Positions 18,751 to 34,848 of a stretch of 64,000 nucleotides of DNA are shown here, piece after piece; the first letter of the stretch is position 1, and every line of letters starts with the position of its first letter. Source of the stretch: the human T2T-CHM13v2.0 reference genome, Homo sapiens; the NCBI RefSeq assembly GCF_009914755.1, contig NC_060929.1. The stretch is one strand, 5' to 3'. The notes below the pieces were generated by a model that had not been told where the DNA came from, did no database searches, and saw nothing but the letters and a program-made list of their open reading frames with translations. Position numbers and translations under genes: made by a program.

Positions 18751-19827
18751 CTGAAACAAACACAGGGGGACCATGACCCGAGCCCTGTAGAGTGACCCCC
18801 ACACAGTGCCAGCAGACAGGCCCACTCAGGGTCAAGACAGAAGACAGAGAGACTGGGCAGGACCTGGTTGGCATCAGACTCATCAGAAGCCTGTTTCTGA
18901 GCCCGTCTCTTCAACTATAGAGTAGCTAAGAGTTTCTACCTCACAAGTTGTATTCAATGGAATCATCCCTATAAATCCTTTAGCAGTGTCTGGCACATAG
19001 TAAATAGAATCACCTGGAGATCTAGTTTAAAATGCTTTTTCCCAGTCCTACCTTCAAAACACTGATTCTTGAGCTATGAGCTTTGTCTCAGGGCCACCAG
19101 TAACTCTGACAGGGATGGGCCCCCATACTCTGAGCAATGCTGATCTGGTGGGCCCACTTATGAACCACAAAATTATTTTCTGCACTAGAGTCACCTACAG
19201 CTTGCAAAAACTACAGGTTCTGGTCAGCAGGTCTGGGCTGGGGAATCTGTTATGTCTACTCATTACCCCAGGTGATTCTGCTTTCATCCAAGGGCCGCAT
19301 TCTCAGAGGCAGCATCTGGGTCCAGGGAAAGAAAGGATTGCCTGGGTTCCCCAGTGGGTTGGAGGCCAGGCAGGAAGGGATCCCCGGCTCCTAGTCTTCA
19401 TGTAAGCTCTACATTCTACAGTCTCTAGGATATCTAACAGATCAAGGGTCTGAAGGTAAGCTCCCAGAAGACAGAGGTTTTGTTCAGTTCACTACTGGAT
19501 TCCTAATACTTGGAACAGTGCCTGGACAGAGTAGGTGCTTAAAACTTATTTTTGAGTCAATGGATAATTGACATGGCTGGTTTGAACTTCTGGATCTTTT
19601 GCTTTGCTTTCACACAAGGATTACTTATACCAATACTTTATTTTAAAATCTCTGGAAATGAGACCATCTGAAATCAGATAAATATGGCTTCAGATACCAG
19701 CTCTGGCACTACTAGTTGCATGATCATCAATATGTTACTTCTCTGTGCCTTAGTTTCCACATCTGAAAATTGAGGGTAAGAGTCCCTCTCTAGATTTGTG
19801 AATGGGATGAACACAGGATTTTAAGTA

Positions 19828-20360
19828 CGGTTAGCCAGCATCCAAGATGGCCTCAATGATCTCTGCCTCTGGTATTTATGCCCTTGAGTAATCCCATTCC
19901 ACATGTCTCGGGTTGGTCTGTGTGTCTTATAGAATATGGCTTGAAGTGAGGTTATGTGGCTTCTGAAGCTATCACAATGTCATAAAGGACACTGTGACTT
20001 CTGTCTTGCTCCATTTCTGGGGTCACTTGCACTAGAGGAAGTCAGCTACTAAATTACAAAGAAATTCCAGCAACCACAAGGAGAGGTCCACAAAGTGAGA
20101 GATTGAACCCTCGAGCTAACAAGCATGTGAGTGAGACATGTTGGAAGTGGATTCTCCAGCTCCAGTCAAGCCTTCAGATGAATGCAGCTCCAGCCAACAT
20201 CTCACTGCAGCTTTATGAGAGCCTCTGAGCTGGAGCCACTAGGCCAAGCTGTTCCCAAATTCCTGACTCTCAGAAACTGTGTGAGTTACTATAAATATAT
20301 TTGTTGTTTTATACTACAAAGTTTTGGGATAATTACTAAGGAGCAATAGATAACTAACAC
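19828..20360 (+). mobile_element. MLT1-type MaLR solo LTR
   Basis: CCAAGATGGCCTCAATGATC start, CCAGTCAAGCCTTCAGATGA core, GCAATAGATAACTAACAC end. Confidence 0.7.
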
Positions 20361-21109
20361 ATTAAGGAAATTAGAGCCTAGTACTAGGTTCCGTTGGGTA
20401 AAAGGTTAGCTATTGGATTATTAATTTCTTCCATTTGTCTCTCCTGTTTCCCTTCAAAAATCAATGGCTACATTTTTCATGGAGCACTTCAAAATATTTG
20501 AAGTCTATTACCTCAGTTGGAATCCTGGGTGTAGTGATATATCTTGCTAGAAAACCACAGGCAAAATCTCTGCTCCAGAAGGGCTCCAGTTCCCTAATCT
20601 ATACCAAAAGGGTATTAGCTAACTCAATTTTTTTCAACTTTAGTGTGCATAGGAAGAATCTGGGGACCTTGTGGAAAGTGCAGCTCCCAGACACCTGCCT
20701 CAACTGACTCTGTGGATGTGGAGCGGGCCCTGCCACTCCCCATTTTTAACCTACTGGGGAGAGAACGGGAGGCAAAACTACAAACCTGAAAATAAAGTGG
20801 CTAAGTGGCTTCTCAAACTCTTTCCAAGTCTCTAAACACCGCTGAGTCTGGATTGTCACTGTGCTCTACAGAGGAAACGAAGACCAAGAATTAAGCAGCT
20901 CGATTTTCCAGTGCAGACTGTTTGACCTTTGTGACTAGTAAACCACTCCTTTTATTAAGGCCAAATCTGCAAAATCTGTCTTAAAGAAAATGGTCAGTCT
21001 TTCCTTTCTTCTAAACATCTCTGATTTTTTCATCTTGTTTCCTGACTATTCACAGACAGCAACAATAACAGATTCTGGAAAGAAGGATTTGTAGTAAGTA
21101 TTACAAAAT

Positions 21110-21270
21110 CTTGTCTTTAAAATGTGGTCCTCAGCCCAACAATATGAGCATCACCTGAGAGCCTGTCAGAAATGCAGAATCTCAGGTCCCTTCCCAGAAG
21201 TCCGGAATCAGAATCCTCATTTTAACAAGACACCCAAGTCATTCCTCCCCACATTACAGTCTGAGATGAT
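21110..21270 (+). mobile_element. MER5-like hAT-Charlie element (further MER5-like fragments near 19000-19290 and 20620-20760)
   Basis: GCATCACCTGAGAGCCTGTCAGAAATGCAGAATCTCAGG...GAATCAGAATC...TTTTAACAAG pattern. Confidence 0.6.
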
Positions 21271-21297
21271 GCTCTCCTCTATTAAAAAGTTTTTTTA

Positions 21298-23745
<2,448 letters not shown>

Positions 23746-23859
23746 TCACCTGCCTATAGCTCTAGCCCACCTGTCCTACGTCTACACAGGAGCTACCATT
23801 TCTTGGGGACTAGATATATCAGTGGCTGTGTGACATATTTTACTGGCATTTTTCCAGTT

Positions 23860-24010
23860 AATACTAACAACAGTCCTGTGAGGTCAAAGTTTTTGTCCCT
23901 ATCTTACAGATGAGGAAATCAAGGCAGTGAGATAAAGCAACTTGCCTGAGGTCACCCAGTTGGCAAGCTGGGGCACAGATTTTCAGAGGTTTCTGGGATT
24001 CCAAACCCTG
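23860..24010 (-). mobile_element. MIR element (similar MIR remnants near 2290-2480, 5150-5260, 9330-9460, 18365-18575, 26260-26370, 34290-34480)
   Basis: ACAGATGAGGAAATCAAGGC...AACTTGCCTGAGGTCACCCAG MIR core. Confidence 0.6.
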
Positions 24011-25079
24011 TGCTCTCGGGCATTTGTCTGAGAAAACTCTCAGGTAACACACTCTTCCCCTTCCAGTATGTGTATATAGATATATTTTTTTCTTCCCTTT
24101 CCAGTTTTGAGGAAATCCCTTGACTAACACCCTCTTTCCTTCAGCTGTTATCTTGTGGTACATGGTGCCAAGTGCCCTCCTCATTCCCATCATCTGCTCC
24201 AGAGGGTTTTTTGTCAAAATCCCCAGAAGATACAGAATACAGTGATGATCAAGCTAGCCTTTTCCTCATTGCCACCCCCCACAAAAAATCCTGGTGGCCT
24301 TCACTCCCCAAGCCCCAGGGCAATTAATACTGTCTTCTACCATTGCCACAGGCTGACTTGCCCAACTGGTAGGGCTGATTCTATCAGATTCCTTATCCAT
24401 ACTTTGTTGTTGGAGGATTTGTCTCAAGGCACCTGGCAAGACCCACAGGAAATGACACCTGAGATGTCAGTGGCTCTGCCCAGGAGGCCTCAGGCTCACC
24501 TGCCAGCTCCCTAAAGACAGGATGCAAAGACACATGGCAACTGTGGGATACCTCTGGGTATCCACCTGGCCCAGAGCCATGAATTAGGCACCCTGAAGAA
24601 AATGCTAAACACCACATGACCCTAACCAAGATGCAACTGAGATCAGAGCATCTTCCCAAGCCGGTGTGACTGCTTTTGCCTGGCACCTCCCATGTGGTCA
24701 GGCCTGGAGAGATGGGGAGCCTAAGGATAAGGAGCTGAATCCTGGCTCTGCCAACTTCAACACGACCTGGAATAAGTTACTGGGCTTTTTATATTTTTAT
24801 CTGCCAAAGGCCTCAATTCTTTATATAAAAAACGAGGCCACGAGCAACAATATATGTGATAAGACTGAGTGATCTGCAAAGGCAGGCTAAGACTGACTTC
24901 CCAGACACAGCCACTGAGCAACTGGTGACTGTGCGGGGGGGTTCCTGAACCTCTCTGGGGCTCATGGGTTCAGGCTGAGAAAGTGTCTCCATTCAGTGTC
25001 GCCCAGAGTTGATCTGAAAAGTAGGCCAGAGTGGGCAGGGAAATTAAGAAAAGCATGAACCTCTGAAAACCTGCCCGGT

Positions 25080-26000
25080 CCGTGAGGAAATAACCGGGTC
25101 CACTCCCTTGTCCAGAGCCTCCCCACCGCCCTCCTTCAGGCCAGCTCCGCGGGCAGGGCAGCCAGGAGGAAGGCTCAGGGACTAGGCGTCTCAGTTCCCG
25201 CTGGCCACCAACTCCCCCATCCCCTGCCCCCTCTCTGGTTCTGTTTCTCTGTGTACGCAGGGAAGGTGTGGGCTTGTCGCCCCTGGAGGCCTTCCAGCTC
25301 CGACGTTTTGAAGCCTGGCTCCCAGATTAAACTCCCTTCGGATCCCATTTTCTGAAGGGTCGCAAAAGCTGGGGGCTGGGTGGGGTAAGCTAGGGGACAA
25401 CAGCGGCTCCGGCCGCCGCCTGAGCCCTTCAAGATCAGCATCCGGTCAAGCGGCTGTGCAGCCGAGAAGCAACCCGGGACTGCAAGTCTGCGTGGCGGGG
25501 ACGGCGCAACCACTCACCGGCATGACTGAGGCAGCGGCGGTGTGGCGGCGGTGTGGCGGCGGTGTCAGCAGCGCCTCTCTGGATTCGGAGGGCGGGTTCG
25601 GCTGCGCTTCCGAGAGTGCGCACTAGAGGCCTGGTCCCGGAGGCCCCTCCCACTCCGGGCCCGGCCGCGAGGGAGGCTCCGCCCCCTCCAGTCCTGATCC
25701 CTGCCGGCCGCGCCGCCTCCTTTCTGCGGGCCGGGCCCGTGGTCACCCGGCCTGGACGGAGAGAGGAGGTGAGAGGGGCGCTGCGTTGGCCTCCATCGAC
25801 TGTCGGCCTTTTTCAGAACGCCTACTTCGGGTCAAGCTTGTGTTAGGGAATGCCAGAGAAGGGCACCGCCTTGAACAGGACATCATCCATCCATCCCTAA
25901 AAGGACAGTTTCACTCATTTATTCACCGAGTCAATTTTTATTAAGCGCCAGCCAACGAGGACGCAGCGGTGGAAGAGCAGCAGCAGGAGGCTGCGAAGGA
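25080..26000. promoter_or_regulatory. ATOX1: CpG island / ATOX1 promoter and 5'UTR exon 1
   Basis: High CpG density around the start codon, with GC boxes (GGGCGG near 25590, CCGCCC near 25679). Confidence 0.85.
25518..25523 (-). CDS. ATOX1: ATOX1 coding exon 1 (Met-Pro)
   Basis: Minus strand reads ...CTCAGTC ATG CCG | GTGAGT donor. It splices in frame to exon 2 to give MPKHEFSVDM... Confidence 0.96.
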
Positions 26001-27684
26001 CGCAGGCAGTGATAGTGCAGGGTTAGCAGAGCTGTTGTGACAGAGGAGGAAGGGCCCTGACTGCAGTGGGGTGGGGGCGGTTGTGGAAGAGAGGCGGCCT
26101 GGGGAGAAGGCAATAATCTGGACCTCGGTTAGCCTTTATCGCCCTGTTACAGGCTTTGTCTCTAAATACAGTCGCATTGGGGGTTAGGGTATCAACATAG
26201 GAATTTGCGGGGACACAATTCATGTCCATGTCAGAGTTCAGTCCCTAGCAGAGCCATACTGACTAGAGTTTTAATCTCAGCCCTATCATTTATTAGCCAT
26301 GTGACCCTGGGCAGATGAACTTACCTCTCTAAGCCTCAATATCCTCACGTATAAGATGGGGACAGTTAAGGTCACTATACAATTTTTTATCTGAACCTTT
26401 TGCTAGAGAAAGGAGATGCTATTAATAATTTTGCCAGGACAACAGGCAAACACCATGACTGTTTCAGGCAAACAACGACACATGGTTCCCTCCAAGAAAC
26501 CTACTTTGCAGTATTGTTGGAATACATGTAATGTGTGCAAACTTCTTAATACATTGCTTGGCACATGGTAGGCACCAAAAATATATATAAGTATTCTCTA
26601 ATTGCTAGGCCCTCTGTTGGCCTCCCTGGCACTGGGTCTTCCGCTGCTCACAAAATACCCCTTAACCATTCATCCCCTACCCAACCTGCCAGGAATTCCC
26701 TAAAGATGGAAGGGAAGGGGGCGAGGAGGAGAGGGAAAGAGGGTACTGGCACATTAGGTCCTGTACGGGCAAGGCTTAGCATCTTGGTAGTCCTGGGTAC
26801 AACTGTGCCCTGGGGCTAGGGATAGCTAGATTGCCATGAGGGAAGGCGGAGAGTGGACATGAGGGAAGGAAATCCTTCCCAAAGCAACAGTACACAGGGC
26901 GAACCACCCACGGCATGTTTTAGAGAATTAGGGGTATGGGTTGGGGGGATGGCTAAGCCTAGAGACAGCAATTTAAAGAGAAGACAGCTTTATAAAGATC
27001 TGTTAAAGATCACAAATAAAGACCTATTAAAGAGGAGAAGAAAATATGCCAGACTGTAGTTCCTGCATAAATATATACATACATTCCGTGTATTTACATT
27101 AAAATAAGCATGAAATGAACCACAGCCAATGTTACTAGAAGTTATCTTGGATAAGTGTAGGATTTGCAGGTGGAATCCCAATGTACCTACTGTTTAATTT
27201 TCAAATAACACAAAGTAGCGTACAGTGAAAAGTAGGTCTTCCTCCTACCCTGACCTCTCCTTCTTAAACAAAAGGCATAGTATACACAGTTTTGCATCCT
27301 GCTTTTCTCACTTTATAAAATATCTTAGAGATTATTCCTGGGCCAGATGCAGTGGCTCATACCTGTAATCGCATTGCTTTGAGAGGCCTAAGTGGGAGGA
27401 TCACTTGAGCCCAGGAGTTTGAGACCAGACTAAGAAACATGGTGAAACCCTGGCTCTACAAAAAATACAAAAATTAGCCGGGTGTGGTGGCATATGCCTG
27501 TGGTCCCAGCTACTCAGGAGACTGAGGTGGGAGCATCACTTGAGCTCAGGAGGTCAAGGCTGCATTGAGCCATAAGTACACCACTGCACTCCAGCCTGGG
27601 TGACAGAATATGACCCTGTATTTAAAAAAAAAAAAAAAAAAAGATTATTCCTTAATAGTACATATCAACCCTTTTCTTTCTTAG

Positions 27685-27930
<246 letters not shown>

Positions 27931-28618
27931 TGATCTGCCCACTTTGGCCTCCCAAAGTGCTGGGATTACAGGCAATGAGCCATCACTAAGCCAGTGAGCC
28001 TGGGAAATGGGCATATAGAATCCCTGCTTTCTGGCTGAAAGTGTTGTTGCAAGGATAGGAATGTGCACACTGTAGGCATGTATAGATGGTGGGTTCTTCC
28101 TGGTGTAATCTACTTCTAGACCCAGCCTCCTGGGATGACCCTTTCTTTGACAGATGCTGAGGAGTTTAATTCTTTGCAAAGAAAGGTTTTGTAGCTGCTG
28201 CCTGCTCCCCGATATCCCCACCGCAGGAAACCAAGTGTCTGTTTTTTGTATCATAACACAGGTATACACCACTTGCCTCACTGCTTTATCCACCAACGGA
28301 CCCTTTATCTGGGACCAAAGATTCTGAGCTGAAAGGGCCCTCAGAGCAGCCAAGGCATGCATGAGAAGAGAAGGGCTATGAAGTGGAAGCTGAGGGAGCG
28401 TGGACTGCAGGCTTGGGAGAGGGAGCATGGTGTCCTGCAGAGCCACATGCTGGCAGAACTGGGTCTACAGACACATTTTATTCAGTCCCTAAAGTATTCA
28501 AAATATTTTTTGATTAGTTGACAACAGTTAAGAACTCTGAGTATGCTTGTACAACATTGTGAATATATTTAATGCCACTGAATTATACACTTAAAAATGG
28601 TTAGAAAGAGGAATTTTA

Positions 28619-28936
<318 letters not shown>

Positions 28937-29277
28937 TTATTTATTTCTAGACTGACATGTAAAATTAGTTGCTTTCTTATTACAAGACTAGGAAAAGCAT
29001 TTTTAAAAATAAAAATTCTAAATAGTTTTTAATTTTTATTTTTTGAGACAGGGTCTTGCTGTGTCACCTAGGCTGGAGTGCAGTAGCGTGAACATGGCAC
29101 ACTGCAGCTGTGACCTCCTGGGCTCAAGGGATCCCCTGACCTCAGCCTCCTGAGTAGCTGGGACCACAGGTGCATGTCCCCACACCCAGCTATTTTTTTG
29201 TATGTTTTTGTAGAGATGGGGTCTTGGCATGTTGATCAGGTTGCTCTCATAAGCAATCCTCCTGCCTCGGCCTCTCA

Positions 29278-29655
<378 letters not shown>

Positions 29656-29814
29656 CTATTCAGTTAAAGTCCTCAGAATATTTCCATTGTATTTTTTAGG
29701 CAAGACCAAAAGTTTTCGTACTATCAGTAAATGTTTTAAAAAAAGAACATTGAGTCACATAACCTAGAGTTTTAATATTTCCTGAAAAACTGAAAGATCT
29801 GGAAACATGTCTAT

Positions 29815-30200
29815 GACTGACAGGATAGGCCAAGTAATATTGTAGTAACAAACAATCCCAAAGCCTCAATGGCTTAAAATGACGAAGATTTATCTCTCCT
29901 GTGATATGCCCATAACTGGCTGAGTGGGTTGAAGCTGGAGGAGTGGCTCTGTGCAAATTGGTTTTGCTCAAGCACCTGGTTTGAGGAAGAGTCACCATAT
30001 AGAATGGCACTGATCTGAAAGTGTCCCACCAAAATTCGTATGTTGAAACCTAATTGCCAATGTGATAGTATTAAGAAGTGGGGCCTTTGGGAAGTGATTA
30101 AGTAATGAGGGAAGAACCCTCATGGAAGGGATTAGAGAATTTATAAAAGATGTTGAAGGGAGTACCGTAAGCCTTTTTTGCCCTTCTGCCATGTGAGGGG
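29815..30200. mobile_element. MaLR LTR fragments (MLT1/MST-like)
   Basis: AAAATTCGTATGTTGAAACCTAA...GGGGCCTTTGGGAAGTGATTA and GTAACAAACAATCCCAAA...TGGCTTAAAA motifs. A similar minus-strand fragment lies at ~26130-26225. Confidence 0.55.
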
Positions 30201-30626
30201 ACAGTGATCATCTTAGAAGCCATCATAGTCCCCAGCACTCTTTAGTGGACTCCCAACATAGCAGCCAATGGTCAGGGAACATCTGCCATGCTCTCCTCTT
30301 CCTCCTTTGTTCTCTGTACCCCTGGGGCTTCAGGTTTCTAAAGATGTGTTTAATGAGACAACCCAGACAAACCTGCGTTCAGTTCCTTGCTGTTTCAGGC
30401 ATTTAATCTCTCTGACTCTGTCTCTTCTCTTGTAAAATAAAGATAATAATTAGACGTAGCTCATCGTGCTGTGGTGAGCAGTATGAAAAGTTTCTTTTTT
30501 TTTTTTTTTTTTTTTTTGAGATGGAGTCTTGCTCTGTTGCTCAGGCTGGAGTGTATTGGCATGATCTTGGCTCACTGCAACTACCATCTCCTGAGTTCAA
30601 GTTATTCTCCTGCCTCAGCGTCCTGA

Positions 30627-30872
<246 letters not shown>

Positions 30873-30950
30873 TAAAAACCCTTATATCACTCTCTTCCGC
30901 AGAAGTAGCAATGCTATCAGATTGCTGTATAATCCATCCTGACTTTTTAA

Positions 30951-31265
<315 letters not shown>

Positions 31266-31837
31266 TGAACTCCTGATCTTGTGATCCACCCGCCTCAGCC
31301 TCCCAAAGTGCTGGGATTACAGGCGTGAGCCACCGCACCTGGCCAGTTGTTGGTATTTTTAAAGCATATATGATATACTATACATAATTTGCAAGACACT
31401 TTTTAAAATTATCAATCTGCTTTGGAAATGTGTGTTTTTTATATATAAATATTTTAAAAATATTTGAATATAAACACACACATATATGCACATATATGAA
31501 CTAGCTCAATCTTTTAAATTGCTACAAAAATTTTTCTAGTATGGATATATTACAGTAAATTTAGCTATTCCATAAAAAACAGACTATTTTGCCATATTAT
31601 AAACAATGCTATAATAATATTTTTGCTCTCTGTATACATGTGGGAGTGTTTCTTCAAAGTAGATACCAAAAAGTAGAATTTCTGCATCATAGGGTGTGTG
31701 GATTTTAAATTTTACTAGATGCTAGCAAACTACCCTCAGAAAGGCTATGCTAATTTATATTTTGTGCTAGCAGTATATGAGAGTAATTATTTCTCACACC
31801 CTTGCCAACATTTGGTATTGGCAAAGTATCATTTTTC

Positions 31838-33347
31838 TTTTTCTTTTCATCACTGAATGTCTATCTATTAAATGCTGATGGAGGTAAGGATAAGACTCAT
31901 TCATATGCCAAGTGCCTGGCACATAATAGCTACTCTGAACACACAATACCCACAGTTTATTATATAAATCCAAGCCTGAAAAGTCAAAATTTCCATTCAT
32001 GCTATTATTAATTGGCAAACAAAAAAAGCTCTTAGTTTTTGGAACACAGGTTTGAATCTTGTTTTATCCACATTGTGTAACTGGGGACCTTAATGGTTTA
32101 GTTTCTGTACTCCTTCAGTGTTACTGTAAAACTTCCAAGCATTTGTTGAGACACTACATAGCTAGGTCTTGTTGCTTTACAACCTTGGGATGTAGCAGTC
32201 AACATTCAGCATAGGTCAAAATTCTTAGGCAGGGTTGTATAGGGTAATTACCCAGGAGGCTTTCTAAAGCTGAAGTCTGTATTACCCTCCACCTCCAGTG
32301 TAGTCTATCAGTATAAAGAGTGTAGTTTATCACATATTATAAACTTGATATTTATATCAAGTATTATAAACTTGATAACTTCAGTTCCTAAAGTATTCAA
32401 AATATTTTTTGATTAGTTGACAACAGTTAAGAACTCTGAGTATGCTTGTACAACATTGTGAATATACTTAATGCCACTGAATTATACACTTAAAAATGGT
32501 TAGAAAGAGGAATTTTATGTTCTGTATGTTTTACCACAATTAAAAATTGGACATGGTGGCTCTATTAAGTTTATAATACTTGATAATTATCAAGTTTATA
32601 CGTAACTTGGACAAAGCATCTGCTCTGATCCTTCCTCCTGCCACCCCACTTCAGCTTTCAACACTGTACCATGAGGTGCCTTCTTGTTGGCATCAGGATT
32701 GTCCAAGATCTCACATCAGGCAACGGTGGCAGGCAAAACCAGCCTGTGTCATGGCAGAATAGGTTAAAAGCCAACATTACAAAACTGAGACCATTTTTGC
32801 AGAGCACATTCCCAAACTATGGGCAAGACCAACAGCAGTAAAGTCAGCTTTTTATTGAACACATTATAAAACAGGTTTAGTAAAAAGACCAAAGCCCATG
32901 TCATCATCAGACTCCTCAGATTCTTCTTTCTTTGCTTCCATTTTCTTCTCCTCAGCTGAAGCAGCAGCAATGGAGGGGGCAGGACCTCCTGCTGGTGCAG
33001 CACCAGCTGCTAGAGCAGGTCCACCAGCCCCTACATTGCAGATGAGGCTTCCAATGTTGACGTTGGCCAGGGCCTTTCCAAACAAGCCAGGCCAAAAGGT
33101 TCAACATTTACACTGGCTGCTTTAATGAGGGTATTGATATTAACCTCCATGATGATCACCTCGTCATCGTGCAGAATGAGGGCCAAGTAGACACAGGCAA
33201 GCTCGGAGATGGAGGCCATGGCGCGGGCGAGTGTGGGGCTGACATTGCCAGAGGTGGTGCTAGTCACTGGATGAAGTGATGGCCTCACCCCAATGTGGCC
33301 TTAGCTTCCTCGGAAGGACCAAGCACCTTGGTGGCAACTGAGGAAAG
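31838..33347 (-). pseudogene. Processed pseudogene of RPLP1 (60S acidic ribosomal protein P1) with a long 3' extension
   Basis: Intronless. 5'TOP-like CCTTTCCTCAG start near 33347; ATG at 33217-33219; MASISELACVY... and ...[17 protein letters not shown] split across frames. The CDS-homologous span 32877-33219 is 343 nt versus 345 expected (two 1-nt deletions). AATAAA at 32851-32856. 18-bp TSD GGCAAAGTATCATTTTTC at 31820-31837 and 33348-33365. Confidence 0.93.
32380..32562 (+). repeat. 183-bp direct copy of 28481-28663
   Basis: Manual alignment: 4 mismatches in 183 bp, no indels. Confidence 0.95.
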
Positions 33348-33393
33348 GGCAAAGTATCATTTTTCACAATGTCATGATTGAACAATTATTTAA

Positions 33394-33749
<356 letters not shown>

Positions 33750-34542
33750 TAGATGAGGTCTTATGTATATTTTATTCTTGTTTCTTTTTTCCTTATTGGG
33801 CTTTGAATTCCAAGTGACATAAACCTGAGTCTGATTCTGAGCTCTGCCCCCTTCCAGCTATAGGCCAGTCATTTAGCCTTTCTGAGCCATAGTTTCTACA
33901 TCTGTAAAAGAGTTAATACTTCATAGAGTTTTTGTAAGGATGACTTGAAAAACTGTAACTAGCACTGTGACTGTCACATAATGGGTGCTTGATATATATG
34001 CTATTTATTCCTCTTCTAAGCCACAGAAAGTGAGGACTTCTAATATGTGGTACCAGAGTGTGCAGCAAAGAACCTTCTGCAAAGAGCTTTGGCTGCAGAT
34101 GTTCAAGATTTGCCATGGACTCCAGAACTCTCAAATCACTTGGAAATTTGTCTATGCAGCATTATCTGGTGTCATGCCTGAGATATTGAAGGAAAAGCCC
34201 CAGCCTTTCAGGGGTTTCTGAGAAGAATATGCCCCTTTTCTGTATTCATAACTGTATCTTCTTTCTCTGGGCAGTATTGAGAGTGGGTAAAAGAACATGG
34301 ACTTGAAGTCAGAGAGTCCCAGCTTCTAGCCCTAGCTATGTGACCAAGGGCAAGTTGTTTCCCTCTCTGAGCCTGTTTTCATACTTGAGAAATAGGAAAT
34401 AGGGATGTTGTGAATATTAAATGAGATCGTTCTTGGAAAGAATATTAGCAAGGTACCTGGCGCACGGTCAGTGCTCCACAGAGTCTGAGGAGGTGATGTA
34501 TTTGCCAAGAGACAATGCCAAAGAAGGGAGGAATGCAATTAG

Positions 34543-34848
<306 letters not shown>

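Noticed and set aside
26987-27035. TAAAGA stutters (similar low-complexity patch at 22830-22895)
   Set aside because: Short, degenerate and AT-rich; not distinguishable from chance.
32864-33288. RPLP1-like ORFs as a functional retrogene
   Set aside because: Two 1-nt deletions split the frame and destroy the conserved C-terminal ...GLFD.
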